DNA of 32,000 nucleotides from Candidatus Bathyarchaeota archaeon (lineage in GTDB: Archaea; Thermoproteota; Bathyarchaeia; JAPDIZ01): assembly GCA_029259355.1 (NCBI GenBank), contig JAPDIZ010000003.1:1272-33271 (forward strand). Reading direction: 5' to 3'. Shown piece after piece: positions 16,397 through 25,111 of this stretch; within the stretch, counting starts at the first letter, position 1, and each line of letters begins with the position of its first letter. Made by a program: the position numbers and the translations under genes. The notes below the pieces were generated by a model that did no database searches, was not told the origin of the DNA, and saw only the letters and a list, made by a program, of their open reading frames with translations.

Positions 16397-17545
16397 TCAC
16401 TGCTTCGCGAGCAACCCACCAGTTAGCAGAGCCCTTATCGCTTTGCTCTGAAAATCTATGTCTCCAACTTCGGAGAGCTTTTGGTCTACACCAAAGTTCT
16501 TGATGAGCCAAAAAGCTAAGTCAAGAGCCCCGTCTGGTAGACTGTTCACCACCCTCCTAAGCATTAGCATAGCATCAAGCTCCCTTCCCAAGAGCTTTCT
16601 CCACCTCTCCTCATACCTAGACAAGAACTCAGCGGAGAAGTCCCCCCGCTCTATCGACTCCACCGCAACCTCTCCCGCAACCTTTGCACAAAGACACCCT
16701 AGCACAACCCCTCCCCCAGTAGTGGGCTTAACCTGACCAGCAGCGTCTCCAACAACCAGCAGCCTACGAAAGTAGGTCTTGGGAATAGGACCGCTGGTAA
16801 TTATAGGCCCGCCAAACTTTCTCACAACTCTAGCCTTTGGCGCTCTCTTTTTGATAAAGGCGTTGAGAAAGGAAGTTGATCTGGGTGCGCCGCATCCTAA
16901 GCCGAGCCTAGCTGAGTCTTCGCCTATGGGTATGGTCCAAGCAAAGAAGCCTGGTGCGATGCCTCTGCCAAAGTGCAGCTCAACGAGATCCACGTCTACC
17001 TCAACTCCGACAGCCTCGCACTGTAATCCAGCCACAAACTTGCTTGAGCGAGGAGCGAGCCTAAGCTCCTTGAGCAACCTCCTCGAAGCCCCTTCAGCGT
17101 CTATGACCACTTTTGCCCTAACCTCGTCTTCGCTAGTCTTCAGCAAAGCAGAGTTTTCCAGAAGCTTTAGCGATTTAACTCGCTGCTTCAGCCAAACCTC
17201 CGCCCCAGCTTCCTCAGCTCTCTTCGCGAGGTACTTATCAAATGCTACTCTATCAACAACTACGGCTTTGGCATCATCAGAGACTACCCTGAATGCTGCC
17301 CCGCGTGGAGAGAAGAACCAAGCACCTCTTACTTTATTTAAGACATACGAAGCATTAGTCGGCAGCTCTATCCTCCTTAGGCCAGATATGCTGATGAGGC
17401 CTGCGCAGTGCTCTGGAACACCGATCTCTCCATCTTCCTCCAGCACAACAACGGAGACCCCTCGCTTAGCTGATGCCCATGCGGCATATAGCCCAGCTGG
17501 TCCTCCGCCAACAACAGCTACGTCAAACCGCCTTTTTTCCTGCAT
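16397..17545 (-). CDS. Geranylgeranyl reductase-family FAD-dependent oxidoreductase
   Basis: The N-terminus has the FDVAVVGGGPAGLYAA dinucleotide-binding motif. The ~380-aa length and the VVGDAAGQVKPTTGGG motif are typical of the archaeal GGR family. The exact substrate cannot be determined from sequence. Confidence 0.8.
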   Translation of the reverse strand: MQEKRRFDVAVVGGGPAGLYAAWASAKRGVSVVVLEEDGEIGVPEHCAGLISISGLRRIELPTNASYVLNKVRGAWFFSPRGAAFRVVSDDAKAVVVDRVAFDKYLAKRAEEAGAEVWLKQRVKSLKLLENSALLKTSEDEVRAKVVIDAEGASRRLLKELRLAPRSSKFVAGLQCEAVGVEVDVDLVELHFGRGIAPGFFAWTIPIGEDSARLGLGCGAPRSTSFLNAFIKKRAPKARVVRKFGGPIITSGPIPKTYFRRLLVVGDAAGQVKPTTGGGVVLGCLCAKVAGEVAVESIERGDFSAEFLSRYEERWRKLLGRELDAMLMLRRVVNSLPDGALDLAFWLIKNFGVDQKLSEVGDIDFQSKAIRALLTGGLLAKQ

Positions 17546-17598
17546 CGCATACGATAGATGCCTTGTGGATTAGAAATGGCTTTACCCTGCTGCACCAT

Positions 17599-17985
17599 AT
17601 GCCTACTCCGCGGTGTGCGACGTTGAGCGAGTTCAGGTACAAGCAGGTGATCTTGATTAGAACTGACTTAGGCATGAGCAAGGGCAAGATCGCTTCACAA
17701 GCTGCTCACGCAGCAGTCTCCGCCCTCGAAGAGGCTAAGAAGATGCGAGAAGACTGGGTTAGGGAGTGGCTTGATGAGGGGCAGCGCAAAGTAGTTTTGA
17801 AGGTATCTAGCGAGGAGGAGCTGAGGAAATACTACGAAGAGGCTAAGCAAAGAGGGCTTCCAGCCTACCTCGTGGTAGACCGAGGGTTGACGGAGATACC
17901 TCCCAACACCCCTACCTCGGTTGGCATAGGGCCAGCTCCAAGCGAGAAGATAGATGAAATCACGGGGAAGCTTCCGCTGCTATAG
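17599..17985 (+). CDS. pth2: Peptidyl-tRNA hydrolase, archaeal type (Pth2)
   Basis: YKQVILIRTDLGMSKGKIASQAAHAAV...KVVLKV...EEAKQRGLPAYLVVDRGLTEIPPNTPTSVGIGP matches Pth2. The start is ATG 17599 or TTG 17623. The track's upstream extension overlaps the GGR start and was discarded. Confidence 0.85.
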   Translation: MPTPRCATLSEFRYKQVILIRTDLGMSKGKIASQAAHAAVSALEEAKKMREDWVREWLDEGQRKVVLKVSSEEELRKYYEEAKQRGLPAYLVVDRGLTEIPPNTPTSVGIGPAPSEKIDEITGKLPLL

Positions 17986-17987
17986 GT

Positions 17988-19319
17988 GTGCACTCCATGA
18001 GGATAGTTCCGACTAAGTCCGATCTCGAACGCTTCGTGGGTATGGAGTACTACGCCACCGACTGCCCTGGTATAGGCGGAGTGATTCGGAGAAGCACCGA
18101 GGACTTTGTTGTCCAAGAGGTTCTAACTAACGGCCTTGTAGCTGAGCTTGAGCCAAGAAACCCTCCTCCCAGCGATCTCAGCGGAGGCTACGTGCTCTGC
18201 GTACTAGCAAAGGAGGGAGTCGACACACTCGAAGCAGCTAGGGTGATTGCGAAGGAGCTTGGGGTGAGAGAACGAGACATAGCTTACGTCGGACTCAAAG
18301 ATGCTAGAGCAAAAACTGCGCAGTTTATCTCGATTCGCGGAGCCAGCAGCCCGGTTTTCGTAGACGTTAGGGTGAGGGAGGCGAGGATAAGGGTTTGGGA
18401 GGTCATGAAGTGGAAGAGGATAGGGCTTAGAGATCTCTGGGGAAACGCCTTCTCGATAACTATACGCGATGTCGCGGGGGACACAGGCGATTTCCTAAAC
18501 CAGCTTGAAGAGCTCGGCGGTTTGCCCAACTTCTTTGGACACCAGCGCTTTGGAACGATTAGGCCTATTAGCCACGTCGTGGGCAAGCACTTAGTGAAGA
18601 GGGAATTCGAGCAAGCAGTTCTGACGTACTTATGCGCTGAATTTCCATACGAAAGCGATAGCGTTCGAGAGATAAGGAGGAGGATATGGGACACCCGCAA
18701 CTTTTCAGTGGCAGAAGAGCTTCCCCCACGGTATTTTTACGAAAGGGAGATAGCTAAGCACCTAGCCAAAAAGCCCAACGACTTCTTGGGCGCGCTTAAG
18801 AGGCTTCCAATGCGTCTGCTTAGGCTATTGGTTCAAGCCTACCAATCATACCTCTTCAACAAAATCCTATCGATTCGTATAGCTGAGGGCAGCTGGAACA
18901 CTCCCATAGACGGCGACTACATCGCCTTAGATAAGAGGGGGATCCCCTCATCTCCAGCGAAGAGAGTCGAGTCGCCAGTAGATGACGAGGTCAAAAGAGC
19001 CATTGCTCTAGGGAAGCTGCTCCACTGCATACCCACGCCCGGCTACGGCAGGAAGGAGCGCCCCGGTCGATCTGGAGAGCTTGAGAAGAAGGTGTTGGAG
19101 GAAGAGGGTGTATCTAGTAGAAGCTTCTTCATAGACGAACTCCCCAAAGCAAGCGCTGAACCCACACTTAGGCCGTTGGTGATGAGAGTTTTTGAGCTTA
19201 CCTACCGACGAGAAGAAGACTCCATCTGGCTTAGCTTTGAGCTACCCAGAGGGTGCTATGCCACCGTTCTACTCCGAGAGCTGATGAAGCCTGAAGACCC
19301 CGTCTCAGCAGGGTACTAG
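17988..19319 (+). CDS. truD: tRNA pseudouridine synthase TruD/Pus7 family
   Basis: GIGGVIRRSTEDFVVQEV, the catalytic Asp motif GLKDARAKTAQFISI, and FGHQRFG are TruD signatures. GTG at 17988 (ATG at 17997 is an alternative). Confidence 0.88.
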   Translation: MHSMRIVPTKSDLERFVGMEYYATDCPGIGGVIRRSTEDFVVQEVLTNGLVAELEPRNPPPSDLSGGYVLCVLAKEGVDTLEAARVIAKELGVRERDIAYVGLKDARAKTAQFISIRGASSPVFVDVRVREARIRVWEVMKWKRIGLRDLWGNAFSITIRDVAGDTGDFLNQLEELGGLPNFFGHQRFGTIRPISHVVGKHLVKREFEQAVLTYLCAEFPYESDSVREIRRRIWDTRNFSVAEELPPRYFYEREIAKHLAKKPNDFLGALKRLPMRLLRLLVQAYQSYLFNKILSIRIAEGSWNTPIDGDYIALDKRGIPSSPAKRVESPVDDEVKRAIALGKLLHCIPTPGYGRKERPGRSGELEKKVLEEEGVSSRSFFIDELPKASAEPTLRPLVMRVFELTYRREEDSIWLSFELPRGCYATVLLRELMKPEDPVSAGY

Positions 19320-20653
19320 GGAGTTAGCCTAAACCTATCTCTTGGGAAGAGAACCACTTCCCGAATGTTATCTCTACCAGTTATCGCCATCAAAAGCCTA
19401 GCTAGCCCAAGCCCCCACCCAGCGTGCGGAGGCATTCCATACTCAAACACCTTGAGGTGAAACTCGAAGGAGGCTGGGTTAAGCCCTTGCTCAACAAGCC
19501 TCTTCTCAAGCTCTTCTCGCTGGTGGATACGTGTCCCACCTGACGCTAGCTCAATCCAGCTATGCATGAGGTCGAAGGATTCGCAGAGGTGTGGGCGGTC
19601 TTCGTAGGGCTTTATGTAGAAGGGGCGAGTAGCCGTGGGCCAGTCGACTATGAAGTAGAAGCCGGGAAGCTCTTGGCCCAGCGCCCTCAGGCCTGGAGTT
19701 GGTATGTCCTCTCCCCAAGAAACCTCTACACCCTTTTTCCGCAGAATCTCTAGCGCTTCGTCGTAGGTGATCCTCATCAGCGGAAGCTCTGGCACCGGGA
19801 TTTCTTGCTTCAAGGTGTTTAGCTCTGCTTTGCACTTCTCGTTTACCTCTTTAACGACGTGTTGGACGAGTTCTTCTAGAGTCCTCATCACGTCTTTTGC
19901 GTCGGCAAAGGCTTCTTCGATGTCTACGGATATGAACTCGTTGATGTGGCGGTTTGTGTGCGACTCCTCAGCTCTGAAGAATGGGCCTATCTCGAACACT
20001 TTTTCGAAGGCTGCGATGAGCTGCTCCTTGTAGAGCTGTGGGCTCTGAGCTAAGAAAGCCTCTCTGTCGAAGTAGGCTATTGGGAATAGAGCAGCTCCCC
20101 CCTCGGTTGCTGAAGCAATTATCTTGGGAGTCTGGACTTCGATGAACCCCTTTTGAGAGAGGAAAGCCCTTATGGATTGGAGGACTACGTGCGCAATCCT
20201 AAAGATCGCGTTCGACTCAGGCCTTCTCAGATCAAGTATCCTTGCGTTAAGCCTTGTGTCAATGTCGGCTGGGGTTCTGCCCGTTGGGTCCAAGGGGAGG
20301 GGGTGCTTCGTTACGTTTAGTATCCTGAGCTCGTTTGGGATTATCTCAACGCCTCTAGGAGCTTTCTCCATTCTTCTGACAACGCCCTTTACTCCCACAA
20401 CAAACTCCTTTTGCAGTTTGTCGAACTTTTCGAAAACCTCTTCGGGAACCTTTCCGCGCGGCAGAGTCACTTGTACGGAGCCAGACCTATCTCTGAGCAC
20501 GAAGAACTTGATCCCGCCTAGGTCTCGGACATCCTGAACCCATCCAAAAACTATTACCTCGCTTCCCTCTTGGTCAGCATTTACCTCGCCCGCGTAAGCA
20601 GTTCTCCTCCAGCTGCCCTGCTGATCAAGCTCCACAAAACTACCTCCGCCCAC
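19316..20653 (-). CDS. aspS: Aspartate--tRNA ligase, archaeal type
   Basis: OB-fold N-domain (VFGWVQDVRDLGGIKFFVLRDRSGSVQVT). Class II motifs are present: FRAEESHTNRHINEFISVD, GGTRIH and GWGLGLARL. Confidence 0.92.
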   Translation of the reverse strand: MGGGSFVELDQQGSWRRTAYAGEVNADQEGSEVIVFGWVQDVRDLGGIKFFVLRDRSGSVQVTLPRGKVPEEVFEKFDKLQKEFVVGVKGVVRRMEKAPRGVEIIPNELRILNVTKHPLPLDPTGRTPADIDTRLNARILDLRRPESNAIFRIAHVVLQSIRAFLSQKGFIEVQTPKIIASATEGGAALFPIAYFDREAFLAQSPQLYKEQLIAAFEKVFEIGPFFRAEESHTNRHINEFISVDIEEAFADAKDVMRTLEELVQHVVKEVNEKCKAELNTLKQEIPVPELPLMRITYDEALEILRKKGVEVSWGEDIPTPGLRALGQELPGFYFIVDWPTATRPFYIKPYEDRPHLCESFDLMHSWIELASGGTRIHQREELEKRLVEQGLNPASFEFHLKVFEYGMPPHAGWGLGLARLLMAITGRDNIREVVLFPRDRFRLTP

Positions 20654-21209
20654 TCTCGAACTCTACGCGGAGGGACAACCCCCTGATCTCCTTAGCTATC
20701 TTCTTAAGAGATTCTATGTTCAGAGGGAGCTTGCGCGACTTGTTGGAGAGAATCACTCTAGTTTCTGTGGTACCGTCGGGAAGCCATATCTTGTTTATTG
20801 CAACGATAGTAGCTGGGGCGAAGAGGTCTTCCAAAAAGGTTCTTTCATCGACTCCATGCGCAAGAACTCTCACCTTCTTACCTAGCTCCTCCCCCACTGC
20901 TCTAATGATCTTTCCCCCGTATCCAAGAAGTTTGGAAACATCTTGAGGATTAACCAAGAGAACGATTATGTCATCAACTTCAACAGCTTTGTGAAAGTAA
21001 AGATCCTCCAGCGCGGGGTACTTGGGCTCAAGATTTAGCAAGATGTTAGCGACTTTGATATCTAAGTCTGTCACTTCTCCAGACTTTACCTTTGCCTCAC
21101 AGCTTGGGCAAAGCATACCGCTTCTCAGACAGAACGCACACAGCTGCGTTTTCACTCCAACCAACCCCTCCCAAAAAAGGGGGAGGGACTTTGTACATGT
21201 GTATACCAC
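20640..21209 (-). CDS. Zinc-ribbon plus KH-domain (NusA-like) RNA-binding protein
   Basis: The N-terminus carries CAFC...CPSC. A KH GxxG motif is present in LLGYGGKIIRAVGEELGKKVRVL. The following segment FLEDLFAPATIVAINKIW resembles the inter-KH region of archaeal NusA. The start codon is uncertain. Confidence 0.5.
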   Translation of the reverse strand: MVYTCTKSLPLFWEGLVGVKTQLCAFCLRSGMLCPSCEAKVKSGEVTDLDIKVANILLNLEPKYPALEDLYFHKAVEVDDIIVLLVNPQDVSKLLGYGGKIIRAVGEELGKKVRVLAHGVDERTFLEDLFAPATIVAINKIWLPDGTTETRVILSNKSRKLPLNIESLKKIAKEIRGLSLRVEFESGRR

Positions 21210-21212
21210 CCA

Positions 21213-21491
21213 CTACTTAGTACGCGCTATCACTATTTCGATGGTGCTGACGTTTCCTCCGCCATCGTCTCCCGGAAGCGCTTCTGTGCCGATGCGTACC
21301 TCCTTCACTTGGACATCCTTCATGACCTTGTTCCTAAGGTACTCTGCGACGTCAACTGCTCTGCTGATCAAGCGCCCCCTTGCCTTTATCACAATCTCTT
21401 CAGCGCCTTCTTGGTTGAACATCGTTAGACAAGCCATGACATACTTTGTCATGTCCTTCTTGCCTATTAGGACTTGATGCTGCTTTGCCAT
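21213..21491 (-). CDS. albA: DNA/RNA-binding protein Alba
   Basis: MAKQHQVLIGKKDMTKYVMACLTMFNQEGAEEIVIKARGRLISRAVDVAEYLRNK...STIEIVI is a typical Alba sequence. I use the internal ATG at 21491 rather than the track's 21566. Confidence 0.88.
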   Translation of the reverse strand: MAKQHQVLIGKKDMTKYVMACLTMFNQEGAEEIVIKARGRLISRAVDVAEYLRNKVMKDVQVKEVRIGTEALPGDDGGGNVSTIEIVIARTK

Positions 21492-21624
21492 CTTGGACTC
21501 TCTCCCCAGCCACTTTTTCCTTGCTAACCTCGGATGCTGCTCGCTACACTTACTGAATCTAACCATATAAGCTTTGACCTCAAAAGAGGCTATCTCCTTA
21601 TAGCAAAATGCTTAATTACCTGCT

Positions 21625-21640
21625 TTTTACATATGTAAAA
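21625..21640. promoter_or_regulatory. Perfect 16-nt palindrome at the TATA position of the Lrp-like gene (candidate promoter/operator)
   Basis: TTTTACATATGTAAAA is its own reverse complement. It ends 15 nt before the ATG at 21656. Confidence 0.4.
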
Positions 21641-21655
21641 CTCGGGGTAGACGCT

Positions 21656-22114
21656 ATGGCTGAGCTTGGGGGCAAAGCTCTTCACATACTTCGACTTTTA
21701 TACGAAAAAGGTGCTGTTACATCCATCTACACCGTTGGTCTGAAGCAAAGCGAGTTGGCGAAGCAGCTTGGCATAACTAGGCAAGCGCTCAACATACACC
21801 TACGCAAACTGAGGAGCGAGGGGTACATACGCACTGGCAGAGGCTTCATTGACATAACCGAGAAGGGGCTACAAGCCCTCGGGCTTTCGGCAAACCCTGT
21901 CTTTATCTTCGTAAAAGTAGTTCCTCAGATGAGGAGCGAGGCTTACAAGAAGATAGCGAAGCTCCCCACCCTTAGAGTTTTCAGAGTTGCTGGAGACATA
22001 GACCTTATAATCTTAGCTACTAGGGAGAAGCTCGACGAGATACTGAAGGAGATTTCGCAGATAAAGGGCATAGAGGATACGCGGTCATACGTAGCCATCG
22101 AAGCCGTTAAATAG
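21656..22114 (+). CDS. Lrp/AsnC-like transcriptional regulator (wHTH plus RAM/ACT-like C-terminal domain)
   Basis: HTH region LKQSELAKQLGITRQALNIHLRKLRSEGYI. C-terminal segment VFIFVKV...VAGDIDLIILATRE...IKGIEDTRSYVAIE is typical of the Lrp ligand domain. ATG at 21656 preferred. Confidence 0.75.
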   Translation: MAELGGKALHILRLLYEKGAVTSIYTVGLKQSELAKQLGITRQALNIHLRKLRSEGYIRTGRGFIDITEKGLQALGLSANPVFIFVKVVPQMRSEAYKKIAKLPTLRVFRVAGDIDLIILATREKLDEILKEISQIKGIEDTRSYVAIEAVK

Positions 22115-22149
22115 ATCTAGGTTACTGCGCCTATGCAGGGTGCTGAGCT

Positions 22150-22314
22150 ATGCCGATCACTGACCCTTTCAAAAAGCAGTTAGCACAGCAGCATAGGCTC
22201 TATCTGAAGATTTGCCGAAACTGTGGAGCGAGAAACGCAGCAACAGCTAAGAAGTGTCGAAAGTGTAGAAGCAAAAACCTCAGGTGGAAGAAAAGGGAGG
22301 TAAGCCGCAAGTAA
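22150..22314 (+). CDS. rpl40e: Ribosomal protein L40e
   Basis: Hand translation; the ORF is below the track cutoff. Sequence: MPITDPFKKQLAQQHRLYLKICRNCGARNAATAKKCRKCRSKNLRWKKREVSRK*. It has the CxxC...CxxC zinc ribbon and basic composition of L40e. Confidence 0.85.
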   Translation: MPITDPFKKQLAQQHRLYLKICRNCGARNAATAKKCRKCRSKNLRWKKREVSRK

Positions 22315-22317
22315 ACT

Positions 22318-22325
22318 TAAAAAGC
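22318..22325 (+). promoter_or_regulatory. Candidate tRNA-Val TATA box
   Basis: TTAAAAAG is centred ~30 nt upstream of the tRNA 5' end. Confidence 0.45.
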
Positions 22326-22350
22326 GCTTGAAAAACCCCTTACAAAATGT

Positions 22351-22424
22351 GGGCGGATGGTCTAGCGGTAGGACGGCGGCCTCACACGCCGCAGGCGGGA
22401 GTTCGACTCTCCCTCCGCCCACCA
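22351..22424 (+). tRNA. tRNA-Val (anticodon CAC), CCA encoded
   Basis: GGGCGGAUGGUCUAGCGGUAGGACGGCGGCCUCACACGCCGCAGGCGGGAGUUCGACUCUCCCUCCGCCCACCA folds into a standard cloverleaf. Acceptor GGGCGGA/UCCGCCC, anticodon stem GCGGC/GCCGC, loop CUCACAC, T arm GGGAG-UUCGACU-CUCCC. Confidence 0.9.
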
Positions 22425-22500
22425 CCTCCTTCTACGCGACTAAAGCCAATTAGCTCAGTTCCTTTAAAATAGGCGAGGGTTTTAGTCGAAAAAATTGTAG

Positions 22501-22506
22501 TTTTTT
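22501..22506 (+). terminator. T6 tract downstream of tRNA-Val
   Basis: TTTTTT lies 77 nt after the tRNA 3' end, within an AT-rich stretch (AAAAAATTGTAGTTTTTTG). Confidence 0.3.
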
Positions 22507-22602
22507 GTTGAAAATCCTTATGATAGGGGATAGCTGTTGTTGAGGCGAGGGAATGTAGGGAGCTTAAATCCCCACAACCCTTAGCCAACTAGGTAGGTAG
22601 CG

Positions 22603-24876
22603 GTGGGTAAGGTGGCTGGGAGAAGAAAGGTAGCACATCCGAGAATGCAGCGAACGCTAATGGAGTGGCTGAAGTCTACCGAGCACATCTACGAAGGAAT
22701 GCCGATGGTGAGGACAACAAGCGGTTTCTTAGAGCCTTGGAACAGAGAGAAGATAATTAGACAGCTTTTGAGGGAGACCCAGCTCGCAAAAGAGATGTTC
22801 AGCATAGCTGCTATGAATAGGGAAGATGCCGAAAAAATCGCCTTAGAAGTTGAGAACAGAATACGAAGCATGAAGCTGAAGTTCGTGAGCGGACCCTTGA
22901 TCAGAGAGATCATAAACAACATGCTTTTGGAGAAGTCTGATCAGCGCCCCGAGTTCGTGATATACAGGAACATACTGACTAGGGTTGGAGCCCCGGTATA
23001 CGACGCATACCTCATCGACATAGGAGAGGGTTTTGAGGCAAAGGAAAATGCAAACCTACAGCCAAACCCCGAAACCTCCCACAAGAAGAAAGCAGACAGG
23101 ATGTCTAAGGAGCAGTATCTCCTCCTCATGCACCCACGCATAGCAGACGCTCACCTAAAGGGAGACATCCACATACACGACCTCGAGTACTTCGGAACAA
23201 GGCCCTTCTGCCAAAACTGGGACCTCCGCTACTTCTTCTACTACGGGCTCATGCCAGATGGGATAGGCTTCAAGACGAGCGTAGCTGGTCCCGCCAAGCA
23301 CGCAGAGGTGGCTGTTCTCCACTCGGTTAAGGCGTTAGCTGCGGCACAGACCAACTTCTCTGGTGGAGAGGGATACTACAACTACTTGGTCTTCCTCGCC
23401 CCTTATGTGAGGGGGCTCTCCTATGACAGAATCAAGCAGCTGATGCAGATGATGTTCTACGAGTTCACCCAAGCCTACGTGGCTAGGGGTGGGCAGCTCA
23501 TCTTCTCAAACATCCAGATACAGCCAGGGGTTCCGGAGATTTGGAAGGATAAGCCCATAGTGATGCATGGAAAAGTCGGCCCAGACACTTACGGCGAATA
23601 CGAAGACGAGGTGAGGATGCTCTTCAAAGCGTTGTACGAGGTTGCGTACGCTGGAGACTACTGGGGCAAACCCTTCAACTTCCCCAAGCTCGAGAATGAG
23701 CTAGCTAAGGAGTTCTTGACCTCTGAGTACGACGAGCTCTGGCTAGATGTCCACAAAGCCGTGGCAAGATTTGGCATACCCTACTTCGACAACAACATAC
23801 CAGCTTACCGCGGGTATGGAAAAGGCGTCAGCTGCTACCAGTGTTGCGCATACGTCTTCACCGAAACCCCCGAATCTGATCCAGAGTTTCAGGAGAAGAT
23901 GGAGTTCGTGGATGGAAAGCACTTCTCCATGGGGTCTTGGCAGGTGGTGACGCTCAACCTCCCGAGAGCGGCTTACAGAGCAGAGGGAGATGAAGACAAG
24001 CTGTTCGATGAGCTCGTTCGCCTTATGGATCTTGCGATAGACGTGTTCGAGATAAAGCAGAGGTGGATGAAGCTGATGCTCAAAAACAACAGGCTGCCCT
24101 TCGCTACGCAGAAGCCACGAGACCCAAGAACCGGGAAGAGGGGCCCGCCAGCGGTAGACTTCAAAGAGCTCGTCTATGTTATAGGAATCGTCGGCGGAAA
24201 CGAGTTCGCACAGTACGCCACGGGATATCAACTTCACGAGCACAAAGAAGCTGTCAAATTCCTCGTGAAGGTTTTGCTCGAGATGAGGAAGTACATCAAA
24301 GAGCTTGAGGAGCGGACTGGGCTCAAGCTCGCTCTCGCGCGAACACCTGCTGAGAGCTGTGCTCAAAGGCTCGCCATCGCTGACCTAATGCACGACGAGT
24401 TTAGGCATAAGGCTGAGAAGGTGGTTAAGGGAGACCTTGAGGCAGCTAAGGCTATGCTCTCGCAAGGAGAGAGAGACGTTCCAATTTACTACTCCAACGG
24501 GACGCACACGTACGTAGGCGCTTCGCTCACTCTGGCTGAGAGGATAGAGATAGAGCATAAGTTCTTCCCAGTTCTAAGCGGAGGCAACATGTTCCACATA
24601 TGGTTGGGAGAAGCTTATCCAAGCCCAGAAGCTCTGCTCTCGCTCACCAAGAAGATAGCCACGGAGACGCAGATCGGCTACTTCGCATACACCAAGGACC
24701 TCACGATATGCGAAAGATGTGGACAGATGTCTTCAGGGCTTCAGGAGCAATGCCCAAGCTGCAGATCAACTGAGGTGAGGTATTGGAGCAGGGTGACGGG
24801 CTACTACCAAGACGTATCGGGGTGGAACGCAGCTAAGAAGAAGGAGCTTATGGAGAGGTACAGGATAACTATTTAA
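22603..24876 (+). CDS. nrdD: Anaerobic ribonucleoside-triphosphate reductase (class III)
   Basis: N-terminal ATP-cone (VRTTSGFLEPWNREKIIRQLL). C-terminal Zn site CERCG...CPSCRS, followed by the glycyl-radical loop SRVTGYYQDVSGWNAAKKKEL. The start is uncertain: GTG 22603 as in the track, or ATG 22645 or 22699. ATG 22699 (MPMVRTTSG) looks most like known N-termini. Confidence 0.9.
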   Translation: MGKVAGRRKVAHPRMQRTLMEWLKSTEHIYEGMPMVRTTSGFLEPWNREKIIRQLLRETQLAKEMFSIAAMNREDAEKIALEVENRIRSMKLKFVSGPLIREIINNMLLEKSDQRPEFVIYRNILTRVGAPVYDAYLIDIGEGFEAKENANLQPNPETSHKKKADRMSKEQYLLLMHPRIADAHLKGDIHIHDLEYFGTRPFCQNWDLRYFFYYGLMPDGIGFKTSVAGPAKHAEVAVLHSVKALAAAQTNFSGGEGYYNYLVFLAPYVRGLSYDRIKQLMQMMFYEFTQAYVARGGQLIFSNIQIQPGVPEIWKDKPIVMHGKVGPDTYGEYEDEVRMLFKALYEVAYAGDYWGKPFNFPKLENELAKEFLTSEYDELWLDVHKAVARFGIPYFDNNIPAYRGYGKGVSCYQCCAYVFTETPESDPEFQEKMEFVDGKHFSMGSWQVVTLNLPRAAYRAEGDEDKLFDELVRLMDLAIDVFEIKQRWMKLMLKNNRLPFATQKPRDPRTGKRGPPAVDFKELVYVIGIVGGNEFAQYATGYQLHEHKEAVKFLVKVLLEMRKYIKELEERTGLKLALARTPAESCAQRLAIADLMHDEFRHKAEKVVKGDLEAAKAMLSQGERDVPIYYSNGTHTYVGASLTLAERIEIEHKFFPVLSGGNMFHIWLGEAYPSPEALLSLTKKIATETQIGYFAYTKDLTICERCGQMSSGLQEQCPSCRSTEVRYWSRVTGYYQDVSGWNAAKKKELMERYRITI

Positions 24877-24916
24877 AGCCTCAAAGCCCCCTCCTTTTCG
24901 CTGCTTTGGTGAGACC

Positions 24917-25111
24917 ATGCCAGCGGAGGTAAAAGACGTAGAGGAGTTTGTCCAGTTGTCGGAAAGAGCCAGCGAGTGTAGAGTAAAGCGCTTGGGCAAC
25001 TTGGTTAAGCTAAAGCTCAGAACCCCTAGAAGGCTCTACACGATCAAGGTGGAGGAGGACATTGCAGAAGAGATTTTGAAGAGAGTTAAGTGCCCAATTA
25101 GAGAACTTTAG
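24917..25111 (+). CDS. rpl38e: Ribosomal protein L38e
   Basis: MPAEVKDVEEFVQLSERA...VKRLGNLVKLKLRTPRRLYTIKVEE...IREL aligns by eye to eukaryotic and archaeal L38e (MP.EI.DI.EF...VK...VKFK.R..RYLYT...KEL). Confidence 0.8.
   Translation: MPAEVKDVEEFVQLSERASECRVKRLGNLVKLKLRTPRRLYTIKVEEDIAEEILKRVKCPIREL

Noticed and set aside
16779-17573. 264-aa plus-strand ORF
   Set aside because: It is entirely antisense to the well-supported geranylgeranyl-reductase-family gene. The translation is a low-complexity Ser/Thr/Ala/Leu/Pro-rich string typical of a shadow ORF in GC-rich coding DNA.
22382-22588. 68-aa minus-strand ORF
   Set aside because: It overlaps tRNA-Val antisense and an AT-rich intergenic region. 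There is no coding signature.
22425-22602. Possible C/D-box sRNA or other small RNA between tRNA-Val and nrdD
   Set aside because: I looked for RUGAUGA/CUGA box pairs on both strands. I found only a weak AUGAUAG with no matching D box or terminal stem, so there is not enough evidence to call an sRNA.
23743-24366. 207-aa minus-strand ORF, plus other antisense ORFs inside nrdD
   Set aside because: It lies antisense to the strongly supported NrdD coding region. No motif is recognisable, so it is a shadow ORF.
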